From the NCBI GenBank assembly GCA_049287025.1, contig JBAQFA010000051.1, forward strand, positions 65,697-129,696: a stretch of DNA of 64,000 nt, given 5' to 3'. The notes under the pieces are model-generated. The model ran no database searches. It was not told the DNA's origin and saw only the letters and a program-made list of their open reading frames with translations. This document shows, piece by piece, positions 26,110-35,825 of this stretch. How positions within the stretch are numbered: the stretch's first letter is position 1; every line of letters starts with the position of its first letter. The stretch comes from Candidatus Magasanikiibacteriota bacterium (GTDB taxonomy: Bacteria > Patescibacteriota > Patescibacteriia > Magasanikbacterales > UBA922). Both the position numbers and the translations under genes were made by a program.

Positions 26110-29100
26110 ATGTCTTTTAAAGAATTCAAAAATTTTTTTCAGAGTCCAAAAGGTATAAAAAGAGATGAAAGAATTACCGCATCGGTAAAAGGTTTTTTTG
26201 ATGATAGGAAACAAACAAAAGGAATGGTGGATGCTTATGAATTTGATCGCAAAGAAAAAGAGAGAAATGATGCCGAGGCTAGTAAAATGGTGACATCTAG
26301 AAGGTTTCAAAATAAAGGTGAAAATATTGATGAAGGTGAAAGTGAAGTTCACAGTGCCGTTGAATATCCTGGTAAGTGGGAGATGTTAAAAGATCGATTG
26401 GTTGGTGGTAACAGACAAGAGCCGGTGGCAGATTTTTTGGAAGCAGAAGCTAGGGCTGAAGCCAAGATACATAAGCGTAGAGTACAGGATTGGATTGAGG
26501 GTAGTGAAGATGGTTCAGTAAAAGGTATAAGACAAATAATTGAAGAACAAAATCTTGATATTGATTTGGAATTTGTTTTAGAAAAAATTAATCAAAAAGA
26601 AAAAGATTGGGGTACACATTACGAACAATTTATTAGAGATATATTTAGTATGGTGGCAGAAATGAAAGTAATGATTTATCAGGAAAATCTTGTCCGATGG
26701 ATGACTGATTTGGTTGAAACAGAAGGTTTTGATATTGAAGTTGATCTAGATGGTATTTTGGGTAAATTAAATCAAGCTATAAATAGATCGGGTGGCGACT
26801 TTTCTAAGGTAAATTCGGAATTACAAGAAACAGAAAGAGAAATCAAAATTGAAGTCAAAAGACAAATGCTTTCTGGTTGGTTGGACAAGTTTTTGGCACC
26901 ATCTGAACAGTGTAAAACCGAAAAAGATACAGCTGTCAATGGGGTGGAAGAGGATTTGAAAATTGAGTTAGAAAAAGTGGATGGATTATCAAAGGCAACA
27001 TCTGAAGTAAATAAATTAGTCCAAAAACAAGATGCTTTAGAACTACGTAAGAGAATTTTGTCAGAGGAAATGTTAAAATTAGAGAGATTGGAACAAGAAA
27101 GTGAAGTGGGTGCAGAGGTTGAAGGTGGCGAAGTTGAAGTAGTTGTTGAAGGTGGTGGTAGAAAAAAAGGGAAAAAAGGTAAGAAGGTCGAAACCGCTGG
27201 TAATGCAAGTACAATAGAAGAAAGAAAAGCTAGAGTTCAAAAAGCGATTGATGAATATGAAGATGAATTGAAATTGGCAAGAGCAGAATTGGCTTTGTCA
27301 AGAGAAAAATTAGCTACAATAACTACCCAAGCTGGGGGTTCAGCGGAAAAGGTTAGGGTGTTAAAAGAAAGAAAAAAACAATTACAAGGTGAACAAAAAA
27401 GTGCAGAAGATGAACTTAAAAAAGTTAAGGGAGTTATAGAAACATTTAGACAAGATATTAATACTCAGGCTAAGTCTTCTGGAAGTAATGAAAGCTCATT
27501 TAGATTGGAAATAGCTAGAATTAAACGTAAAGCTTCTAATGATTTGGATAAATTGGGTGGTATAAAAGATTTTCCTGATTTGGATAATATTCCAGAGATG
27601 CCAAAATTAGATCTGCCAGAATTGCCAGATGAGTTTTGTTATTTGCCAAGTGATGTCCAAAGTAAATTATCCAAAAAGAAACCAGTAGATGTAAAAAAAC
27701 CTTGGGAATTGACTGGTCCGATGGCACCAAGTGGAATATTTAGAGCAGCTAGTGGTGGTAAGATTTCTCCTTTTAGAAAGGAAAGAGGCGGAGAAACAGA
27801 AAAAAGTGATAAAGATAGATTGAGAGAAATCTTAGCCGGAAATAATTTGGAGAAAAAAATTCAAGCTTTAGTAAAATGGGCAGAAGAAAAAAATAGAAGA
27901 CAAGGACTAGGTGACGAAAGTGATGAATATAGCGCTTTGAGTTTATTATTACGCGCGGAAAGTTTTGTAAATGGTTTGTCGGATAATGATAAAAAAGTGG
28001 AATGGTTAAAAACCATAGGTACATGGATAAATATGCCAGAAAGGGATAAACAGAATTATGATGCTTTGTCAGATACTGATAGAGCCATAATAAATGATTT
28101 AGAAATTAATTATAATCCTCAAACTGGTAAACCAGAATTATTTAGAAAAGATGACCTGGATAGGCTTGAACAGCAAATAGAGAATGAAAGTGATCCGGAA
28201 AAGAAATTAATTCTTTTGTTAAAAAAAGCCCAATATGAAGCTATGGGCTTGTTAGAAGGTGATTTTAATAAAACTTTGGAATTGGTCAGTCAAGAATTAG
28301 AAAAAATAAAAGATAATTGTGCTAGATTTATTTCCCTAGCTTGTTTGGTGGCAGAAAGAAGAAATAATCTTGGTGCTGATGATGGAGAAACCAAACGTAT
28401 ATTAGGTACGGCTGTGGAAATGACGGAAAAAGTTGAAGACTTGACAGAAAGAGAAAAATTAATAAAAAAATTAATTAAATCATATGGCGCACTTGGTCCA
28501 AGAAAAGAAGCGATTGATCACTTGGTAGGTGATACTAGTGAACCAATTTCAGAACCTGTTGAAGAGTCTGTAGAGACAGAAGAGTTAGATGAAGACGCTC
28601 CAGTCGTTGATGAACAATCTACTAGAACAGAAGATTTTGTTGGTTTTGATTATGATGAAGTTTTTACTGATGATGAAGCAGCTAGTCAAGTAGATGAAGA
28701 TGTGGACTCACAAACTGTTCCAAATCAAGATAAATCAAAGGATGTTGCCAAATTGGCCTGGTTGAAAAACTTGGGTAAAAGACTAGTTCCATCATTTTTG
28801 AAAAGAAATCAAGAAAAAGTTGAACCAAATCAAACTGGACCAGACGTTCAAGAACCAGAACAAGAGAGTGAAAGTGATCAGGAATTCAACAAATTGTTAG
28901 AATCGATGGAAGGAGATCATGTTAATATTAAGCTAAAGTCGTTAGCTGAGTTTGTTCAAGATCAGGAAAGTAAGGGTACTTTTGGAAGTATTTCTGATAG
29001 AGTAAAAGATATGGTTGGAGGGTTGAGTCAGGAACTTAATAAACGAGGAGAAAGAAGTTCAGAAAATACAATGGGAGCATACATTGATTTGGCTAGAGTT

Positions 29101-29451
29101 AATACTGCTTTGAATAATTTTACTGAAGCTAGAAAAAATTATGATAAATCAAGAAAAATGGGTCCATCTATAATTACCAAGGGTCCTGGTTATTATCAAG
29201 ATAGTCATTTGGATCAAACTTTTAAATGGTTGGATGCTATGATTGATGGATATATAAAACTAGGTCCGACTTCAAGAGCAAAGAGTAGAGCCAAAAATTG
29301 TTATAAAGAAATGGCAAAATTAAGAGGATATGTACGTAAGGCAGAAAAGAAGTATAGAGGAGATCCTGATAAACAGCCATTTGGTAATCATTTATATGAA
29401 GATATTAACGCAAGGATGGAAGGTTATGTACATCAAATAAATAAAAAATAA
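26110..29451 (+). CDS. Giant acidic hypothetical protein (coiled-coil and low-complexity regions)
   Basis: 1113 aa. No TM helix or signal peptide seen. E/K/D-rich, with a long coiled-coil segment and a 'GGEVEVVVEGGGRKKGKKGKK' stretch. No recognisable domain. Confidence 0.6.
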   Translation: MSFKEFKNFFQSPKGIKRDERITASVKGFFDDRKQTKGMVDAYEFDRKEKERNDAEASKMVTSRRFQNKGENIDEGESEVHSAVEYPGKWEMLKDRLVGGNRQEPVADFLEAEARAEAKIHKRRVQDWIEGSEDGSVKGIRQIIEEQNLDIDLEFVLEKINQKEKDWGTHYEQFIRDIFSMVAEMKVMIYQENLVRWMTDLVETEGFDIEVDLDGILGKLNQAINRSGGDFSKVNSELQETEREIKIEVKRQMLSGWLDKFLAPSEQCKTEKDTAVNGVEEDLKIELEKVDGLSKATSEVNKLVQKQDALELRKRILSEEMLKLERLEQESEVGAEVEGGEVEVVVEGGGRKKGKKGKKVETAGNASTIEERKARVQKAIDEYEDELKLARAELALSREKLATITTQAGGSAEKVRVLKERKKQLQGEQKSAEDELKKVKGVIETFRQDINTQAKSSGSNESSFRLEIARIKRKASNDLDKLGGIKDFPDLDNIPEMPKLDLPELPDEFCYLPSDVQSKLSKKKPVDVKKPWELTGPMAPSGIFRAASGGKISPFRKERGGETEKSDKDRLREILAGNNLEKKIQALVKWAEEKNRRQGLGDESDEYSALSLLLRAESFVNGLSDNDKKVEWLKTIGTWINMPERDKQNYDALSDTDRAIINDLEINYNPQTGKPELFRKDDLDRLEQQIENESDPEKKLILLLKKAQYEAMGLLEGDFNKTLELVSQELEKIKDNCARFISLACLVAERRNNLGADDGETKRILGTAVEMTEKVEDLTEREKLIKKLIKSYGALGPRKEAIDHLVGDTSEPISEPVEESVETEELDEDAPVVDEQSTRTEDFVGFDYDEVFTDDEAASQVDEDVDSQTVPNQDKSKDVAKLAWLKNLGKRLVPSFLKRNQEKVEPNQTGPDVQEPEQESESDQEFNKLLESMEGDHVNIKLKSLAEFVQDQESKGTFGSISDRVKDMVGGLSQELNKRGERSSENTMGAYIDLARVNTALNNFTEARKNYDKSRKMGPSIITKGPGYYQDSHLDQTFKWLDAMIDGYIKLGPTSRAKSRAKNCYKEMAKLRGYVRKAEKKYRGDPDKQPFGNHLYEDINARMEGYVHQINKK

Positions 29452-29464
29452 TTAATCATATTTT

Positions 29465-32400
29465 ATGACAAGAGAATCAACTCCAACAATTGAACAACCG
29501 AAAGATAAAGCAAAAGAACGTATAATTTTAGAGAAAAGAGCGAAGGAACAAATAAAATTAATAAGTGATATGGCACGAGAAAGTCGTTTGCATGATTATT
29601 ATAATATGCTGAGAGCAAAAGGTGAAAAAATGGCAGTAAAGGCTGACGCAGAAATTTTTAATAAGAGGGGTGAAAGTAAGAGAGGGGTAGATTCTGATGC
29701 CGCCAATCTGTGGGCGAATCAAGTGACAAATAAATTAGAAAGTTTTTTGGATAGAAAAGAAAAAAATAAATCTTATATAAAGGAAATAGAACTTATTAAT
29801 AAAGCCATTCAAGAGAGTAGACTTAATGATTATTATTTGGAACAAAAATCTGCCGGTGATGCTGTAGCTGTTGAGGCTGATACTAAGGTTTTTGGTACTG
29901 GTGATAGAAAGCGTGGTAAAGGAAATGATGCTGCTAACCAATGGGCTAATGAAAAAGTAAAAAAATTGGAAGAAATGATTGCTGGAAGTGTTTCAGAAAA
30001 AGAGATAAAAGAATTACTTGATGTTTTAGATGGTAATAATTTAGTTGATTCTGAAGTTAGTGCAGAAACTCCAACCAAGCCAGTTGATGTGGCGGAAGCG
30101 AAAGAGACAAAGCCGTCTACTGTAAGAGTACACTTGGTTGAAACTGGTGTAAAAGAAGAAGGATCGGAAGGTGGACCTAGAAGGAAATCAACAATTTTAG
30201 GAGATCCACAGCCAGAATCTGGTGTTGCCTCAGCACCCAGAGCAGAACAAAGTAATTCTGAATTTCTTACTAAATTGGAAACAGAGAAAGACCCTGCCAA
30301 ACGAATTGCTTTGTGGTTGGAATTGGCCAAGGAACAAAAGAAAAAAGGCCAAGGTGATTTTGAAGATTCTTTAGTAAAAGCTGAGAAAGAATTATCAAAA
30401 ATAGATGATATTAATAAAAAATTAAATTTATTAGTTAATATCATTGATGTTAGAATTAGTTTGGGTGCTGATGAAGTAGAAACAGGTAAACTTTTGGATG
30501 AAGCTGGTAAACAATTGGATAAATTAACTGATACAGATTTAAAAACTGTAATTCGTCATAATCTAATTATATTAAATGGAAAAATGACAAATGAGGGCGC
30601 TGAAATAACAGCATTAGTGGACAAATTAAAGAAAGTACAAGGTGATTTAAAAGCTGTAAAAAATGATCGTGATACTACAGGAGAAAAGAATTATCCAATG
30701 ATACATGTAAAAAAACCAGAGTCTGGCGCTATTACGACTGGTGATAATGGCGATTTGGAAAAATATAGAAAAATTATTTTGGAACAACCTAGAACTGTGT
30801 TTGATGAACAACTTTCAGAATTTGCAAATCGTAAAAATTCAGAATCAGATGAAATAGTTGAACTTTCAGAAGATGAATTAATGACCTCAGAAAAATTAGC
30901 TGACGCTTTGTTAGATTATTTTTGGGATTACATCAAAGAAAATCCAGATGCTGGATTTGTACCTTTGAAAAGTTTTGTGGATGTAAATAAATTAGGTGCC
31001 AAAGATATTCAAGAAATAATAGACAATTTAAATAAAAGAGGTTATCCAGTCCAGGGTGGTTATCCTATACAAATGGGCGATCCAACAATGGGTAGAATAA
31101 ACATTGGTGAACCAGTACTAAAGAGGATAATTTCTGCAGAAAATGATGAAGCAAAAAAAATTGGTGACAATGAGGCAAGTGCTTATAGATTATTAGCTTT
31201 GGCTACTAATCGTATTTTGGTAGCAAAGGGTAGACCGTCTGAATCATTAGATTCTGGTGTTAGATTTGCTCTAGATCAGGCCTGGCAGGTGGTACAAGAT
31301 CTGAATAAAGATGATAAGAATTTTGATTTGGTAGATAGATTAAGAGAAGAAATTGCTGTGTATTGGCAAGAATACGGTGATAATGGAAAATATTTAGAAG
31401 TGATGAGTTGGGACAGTGGTAGATCTAAAAAAACGGATAGTTTTGAAGCTCCATCTTTACCTGACAACACCATCGACCTCCTCGACGAATCAGGTTATGA
31501 AAGATTGGTACAACAATACCATGAAGCCTATCCAGATGAAGATGAAGAAGTACTAAAAAGTTTTGTTCAATCTCAATTAGATAAAGGTGTCACCACTATC
31601 AAAGCACCAGATCTAAAACATTTAAAAGAATTGGCTGATATATATACATATGAATATGGTATTAATCTAAAAACTGATGCCTATCGTGGATTAATCTCAG
31701 CCTTTAATGAAAATTTCCCTGACGCCACTCCAATTGAGTTAGTCACAATTGAACGTGCCTTAGAAGCTCTACCAGATGATCCAAAACAACTAGAAGCGGC
31801 TCGCTCAACATTTTTAAGTGTGCTTGAGGCTAAGAAGAGAAAGGGTGTACAAGATTTTGAACAATTTACTAGAGATTTGTCCCAAGCTTTTTCTGGATTA
31901 TCTGAAGCCGGTAAAAGGATTAATGATATGATTGAATATGGAAAAAGATTAGATAAAGATGCAGAAGTTCAAACCATGTTAAATGACATTAAGACTTGGT
32001 CAATTGATCAATTAGAATCTGAATTGGCCAAATATGGTAATGCTACAGTTATTAATTCTCCAGAAAGAAATGCTTTGAGTATTGAAGAGTCTGTCCGTCT
32101 TTCGTTTATTCAGGATGAATTGAGGAGAAAAACAGATGAAGTTTCGGTTGGTAGTTTGCGAACAACTGAAGCCGAAACCCAACAAGAATTTGCCGACATG
32201 ACTACAGATAGATTGGTATCTGAATTGATTAGATACGGTAGAATCGGTGGTTTTGATCCGTTTAACGTGAGGAAAATGTCAACAATTTTGTTGAATAATG
32301 CAGATCGTCCACGCTTTGATTATATTCGTAGTGAATTATTGAAAAGACCAGCTAATGAAGTAGCTAAAGCTAGGTTAGAATTGATTGGCAAAAACAGAAC

Positions 32401-33619
32401 ATCACGTGGGGCTACAGAAAGAGTATTGCGTGATTGGGATGCAACTAAAGATAGACCGGACTATGTAGATGATTTTGAACCTAATTTGGATGAAGATGCT
32501 TATCATGAATTAATTAAATCATTTCATGATAGATTTCCTGATGCCACTCCAGCTGAATTAGCTACAGTTGAACATGTTTTAGAAGGCCTACCTAATGACC
32601 CTAAACAATTGGAAGCGACTCGCTTGGCATTTATGAGTGTGCTTGGGGCTAAAGGAGATAAAGACGGACAAGCAGAAGAAAAAAGCAGACTCTTGTTAGA
32701 AGATAGTTTAAAAGGGACTGGATCAAAACCAGATGAACTAGTAGAAGAACAATTACAACAAAAAAGATTTGATGAATTTACTAGAGATTTGTCCAAAGCT
32801 TTTGCTGAACTTGGTAATATAGATTTTAAAATAAAACCAAGCGCTATACCCGATATCTCTAATGCTTATCATGAGTTAGCAGGTCTTGAATTTGATTCAG
32901 ATGAATTAAATGCATTACAATCAGATTTGGATACACGTGGAATTGATTACTCCTCTTTGTTAAAAGAAGATAAAAAAGGTCTTGATTCAGACAAAGTCGT
33001 AGATGCTGTAACTTTGGCTGCTGGCCTAGGTGTTGGTGTTTCTGTAGATGCACTTAAAAATATTCCCGTCGCTATAAGAAAGGGTTGGCTTGCAAAAGGA
33101 TTAGACTTTATTCTTGGAAGAAATAAAAAAAATAAACGACCAGAAATAGTATTAAAAACTGGTGCCCAAGAAGATTTAGATGTTGGGTTTGAAGATGACG
33201 AAGCCACTGAATCTACTGAACCTGGTAGAACCATACCATTTGCTTTACAAGAAGACGAAGAACCTTTACCATTAGAAAAATTAAAAAAAGGGTTAGCGGT
33301 TGAAGGGGGCGAAGCTGAAATTGATGGTAAAATTTCATCCAGGATGTCCAACCAAGAAAAAGAAGCTGGTAATGCAAAAGATCCAGAAAAAAGAACACAA
33401 GCATTTTTAAAATTGGCTAATGTTAGAGTGGCTGATTATGAGGCTGGACATGATGTGATAAATTTAGTAGGGGCGAGAAGCGTTTTAAATAAGGCTGAAC
33501 TATCTGCTAGACAAGTAAAAAATCCCAAAATACGAAAAGGTTTGATAGATGATATAGTTGTGTACTGGCAAAGACTTGGAGATAATGATACCGCCGGTAA
33601 AGTACGTGCTGGAAAGTAA
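29465..33619 (+). CDS. Giant acidic hypothetical protein with internal duplications
   Basis: 1384 aa. Internal repeats 'FPDATP(I/A)EL(V/A)T(I/V)E..LE.LP.DPKQLEA.R..F(L/M)SVL' occur twice, and 'L(H/N)DYY...(A/V)DA..(F)..(K/G)(R/D).KRG...DAAN(L/Q)WAN' occurs twice. A 'VYWQ..GDN' motif occurs twice. Starts 13 bp after the upstream giant. Confidence 0.6.
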   Translation: MTRESTPTIEQPKDKAKERIILEKRAKEQIKLISDMARESRLHDYYNMLRAKGEKMAVKADAEIFNKRGESKRGVDSDAANLWANQVTNKLESFLDRKEKNKSYIKEIELINKAIQESRLNDYYLEQKSAGDAVAVEADTKVFGTGDRKRGKGNDAANQWANEKVKKLEEMIAGSVSEKEIKELLDVLDGNNLVDSEVSAETPTKPVDVAEAKETKPSTVRVHLVETGVKEEGSEGGPRRKSTILGDPQPESGVASAPRAEQSNSEFLTKLETEKDPAKRIALWLELAKEQKKKGQGDFEDSLVKAEKELSKIDDINKKLNLLVNIIDVRISLGADEVETGKLLDEAGKQLDKLTDTDLKTVIRHNLIILNGKMTNEGAEITALVDKLKKVQGDLKAVKNDRDTTGEKNYPMIHVKKPESGAITTGDNGDLEKYRKIILEQPRTVFDEQLSEFANRKNSESDEIVELSEDELMTSEKLADALLDYFWDYIKENPDAGFVPLKSFVDVNKLGAKDIQEIIDNLNKRGYPVQGGYPIQMGDPTMGRINIGEPVLKRIISAENDEAKKIGDNEASAYRLLALATNRILVAKGRPSESLDSGVRFALDQAWQVVQDLNKDDKNFDLVDRLREEIAVYWQEYGDNGKYLEVMSWDSGRSKKTDSFEAPSLPDNTIDLLDESGYERLVQQYHEAYPDEDEEVLKSFVQSQLDKGVTTIKAPDLKHLKELADIYTYEYGINLKTDAYRGLISAFNENFPDATPIELVTIERALEALPDDPKQLEAARSTFLSVLEAKKRKGVQDFEQFTRDLSQAFSGLSEAGKRINDMIEYGKRLDKDAEVQTMLNDIKTWSIDQLESELAKYGNATVINSPERNALSIEESVRLSFIQDELRRKTDEVSVGSLRTTEAETQQEFADMTTDRLVSELIRYGRIGGFDPFNVRKMSTILLNNADRPRFDYIRSELLKRPANEVAKARLELIGKNRTSRGATERVLRDWDATKDRPDYVDDFEPNLDEDAYHELIKSFHDRFPDATPAELATVEHVLEGLPNDPKQLEATRLAFMSVLGAKGDKDGQAEEKSRLLLEDSLKGTGSKPDELVEEQLQQKRFDEFTRDLSKAFAELGNIDFKIKPSAIPDISNAYHELAGLEFDSDELNALQSDLDTRGIDYSSLLKEDKKGLDSDKVVDAVTLAAGLGVGVSVDALKNIPVAIRKGWLAKGLDFILGRNKKNKRPEIVLKTGAQEDLDVGFEDDEATESTEPGRTIPFALQEDEEPLPLEKLKKGLAVEGGEAEIDGKISSRMSNQEKEAGNAKDPEKRTQAFLKLANVRVADYEAGHDVINLVGARSVLNKAELSARQVKNPKIRKGLIDDIVVYWQRLGDNDTAGKVRAGK

Positions 33620-33642
33620 TTTGTCTGAGTAAAAAATTAGAC

Positions 33643-34218
33643 ATGAACAAATTTAAATATTCTTGGTCACAAAAATTATTTTTAAGAATCAATGCCGAGA
33701 TTGGCAGGCGAATTTGGCTTGATGAGATAATGAAACTGGCTGCCCACTGGTTAATTTATCTATACTCTTTTATTGTTTTGGTTTGGGGAGTGATTGTCTT
33801 AACACCGGTTGAGCTGAAATTATTTATAAAACTTCTTTTAACCGTGGTTGCTTTGAGTAACGTTATTGTTTGGCTCTTAGCAATTATTTGGCGTCACCCT
33901 AGACCAATTGAAGAATTGCCAAATGTAAAAGAAATTGTTTTACCCTTACAGACTTTTCGGTCATTTCCTTCTATTCACACTATGTTGTCGTTTATTCTTT
34001 TGTTTTTGACAATTCTTAGTGGAATTGGTATCTTGGGAATAATAATATTTTTTATTATTTCTGTAATTATTGCTACCGCGCGAGTGTATGTCGGAGTTCA
34101 TTATCCTCGTGATATTATTGGGGGAATATTATTTGCATTATTTTTTTCTGTAATTGTTTTTTGGTTATTAGAAAATGTTTCACAGCCGGTTTATCTTTGG
34201 TTGATAAAACTTATTTAA
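33643..34218 (+). CDS. PAP2-family membrane phosphatase (undecaprenyl-diphosphatase / PA phosphatase-like)
   Basis: 191 aa, multi-TM. PAP2 motifs 'WRHPRP' (KxxxxxxRP), 'PSIH' (PSGH) and 'ARVYVGVHYPRD' (SRxxxxxHxxxD). Confidence 0.75.
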   Translation: MNKFKYSWSQKLFLRINAEIGRRIWLDEIMKLAAHWLIYLYSFIVLVWGVIVLTPVELKLFIKLLLTVVALSNVIVWLLAIIWRHPRPIEELPNVKEIVLPLQTFRSFPSIHTMLSFILLFLTILSGIGILGIIIFFIISVIIATARVYVGVHYPRDIIGGILFALFFSVIVFWLLENVSQPVYLWLIKLI

Positions 34219-34226
34219 TATTATTT

Positions 34227-34931
34227 ATGAAGGCAATAATTTTGGCCGGGGGGTTGGGTACACGTTTACGTCCATTGACCTTAGAGACGCCTAAACCACT
34301 TTTACCAATCAAAGGTATCCCGATGGCAGAACAGGCGATTTTGAATTTTAAAAAATATGGTATTACTGATATTGTTTTATCTATTGGTTATTTGGCCGAT
34401 AAAATTAAAGAGTACTTTGGTAATGGTGAGAAGTGGGGAGTACAGATTGCTTACTGTGTAGAAGATGAACCTTTGGGTACTGGTGGAGCAATCAAAAAGG
34501 CAACTGAAGGCATAAAAGAAACTTTTATAGCTATTAATGGTGACAATTTGGCAGACTTTAATTGGGCGGAAATAATTTCTGTCCATAAAAAAAATCAAGC
34601 AAAAATTACTTTGGCACTTTTTCCAGTAGAAGACGTTACTCAATTTGGTATTGCTGAATTGGAGGGAGACAAAATCAGGCGTTTTATAGAAAAGCCAAAA
34701 GTTGAGGAAGCGCCCTCAAATTTAAATAATGCCGGCGGTTATATAATTGAACCAGAAGCTCTGGATATTTTGCCAACGGGGGTTTCTTCTATTGAACGTG
34801 ATTGTTTTGAAAAACTTGCAAGTCAAGGTGTGGTGTATGCCTATCAGCACAATGGGCAGTGGTATCCAACTGATACTTTGGAAAAATATAAACTGGCGGA
34901 TGAGAAGTTTGTGCCAGTCGTCATTTTTTAA
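34227..34931 (+). CDS. Sugar-1-phosphate nucleotidyltransferase (NTP_transferase family)
   Basis: 'MKAIILAGGLGTRLRPLTLETPKPLLPI'. Start set at ATG 34227. The track ORF start at 34161 overlaps the PAP2 gene. Confidence 0.8.
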   Translation: MKAIILAGGLGTRLRPLTLETPKPLLPIKGIPMAEQAILNFKKYGITDIVLSIGYLADKIKEYFGNGEKWGVQIAYCVEDEPLGTGGAIKKATEGIKETFIAINGDNLADFNWAEIISVHKKNQAKITLALFPVEDVTQFGIAELEGDKIRRFIEKPKVEEAPSNLNNAGGYIIEPEALDILPTGVSSIERDCFEKLASQGVVYAYQHNGQWYPTDTLEKYKLADEKFVPVVIF

Positions 34932-34959
34932 ATTTTTAATTTCTAGTAACTAATCTCTA

Positions 34960-35820
34960 ATGAAATTTCCAATTTTTAATTTTCAATTTTATAAATTTGT
35001 TGGGATATTAACGTTGTTGTTTTTGTTGTTGTTTGGCAGTTATAAATGTTATCGTTATTTTCATCCTAAATATATACCTTTACCACCCCGGCCGGAAGTT
35101 ACTATTACTATTATACCAGGTTGGGATTTACGTGATGTAGCAGAATATTTAGTCGCACAAAAATTGGCCAGCAGTACAGATGACGTTTACACCATTACTG
35201 GAGAGTCAGCGAAAAAATATAAAGTAAGTGATGACGCGGTTTATTTTGGACCGTCAGATGACTTACTTGAACAAAAACCATTTGGTTTGAGTATGGAAGG
35301 TTATTTGGCTCCAGAAACTATTCGAGTTTTTGCTGACGCTGATTTAGCAAGTATAATTGATAAATTTTATTTTGCTAGAAAAGATCAATTAACTCCAAAC
35401 ATTTTAGAAGCAGTAAAAGTTTCTAAAAAAAGTTTGCATGAAATTTTAACCATGGCCAGTATTTTGGAACGTGAAGTTAGAAATTTAGAAGACAAGAAAA
35501 AAGTCGCTGATATTTTTTGGCGGAGATTAAAGATCAATTGGGCCTTGCAAGCTGATTCTACCGTACATTATGCTGTGGGTAAAGAGGGAAATGTATTTAC
35601 TACAGCCGAAGATCGTCAAGTTGATTCATTATGGAATACTTATAAATATCCTGGACTGCCACCTAGTCCAATTTGTAATCCTGGGTTGGAATCAATTCAA
35701 GCTGCGCTTTATCCAGAAGCAAATAGTTATTGGTATTTTTTGACAGATAAAGATGGAACTGTACATTATGCTAAGACGTTGGAGGAACAAAATAGTAATA
35801 AATATAAATATTTAAATTAA
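34960..35820 (+). CDS. mltG: Endolytic murein transglycosylase MltG (YceG family)
   Basis: 286 aa. N-terminal TM anchor. 'WNTYKYPGLPPSPICNPGLESIQAALYPEANSYWYFLTDKDGTVHYAKTLEEQ' matches the YceG C-terminal signature. Confidence 0.8.
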   Translation: MKFPIFNFQFYKFVGILTLLFLLLFGSYKCYRYFHPKYIPLPPRPEVTITIIPGWDLRDVAEYLVAQKLASSTDDVYTITGESAKKYKVSDDAVYFGPSDDLLEQKPFGLSMEGYLAPETIRVFADADLASIIDKFYFARKDQLTPNILEAVKVSKKSLHEILTMASILEREVRNLEDKKKVADIFWRRLKINWALQADSTVHYAVGKEGNVFTTAEDRQVDSLWNTYKYPGLPPSPICNPGLESIQAALYPEANSYWYFLTDKDGTVHYAKTLEEQNSNKYKYLN

Positions 35821-35825
35821 TTTTT

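Noticed and set aside
29833-33351. Antisense ORFs of 203, 134 and 90 aa inside the giant acidic protein gene
   Set aside because: They have Ser/Leu/Phe-rich low-complexity translations typical of the reverse strand of a GAA/GAT-rich gene. They lack RBS or domain signals.
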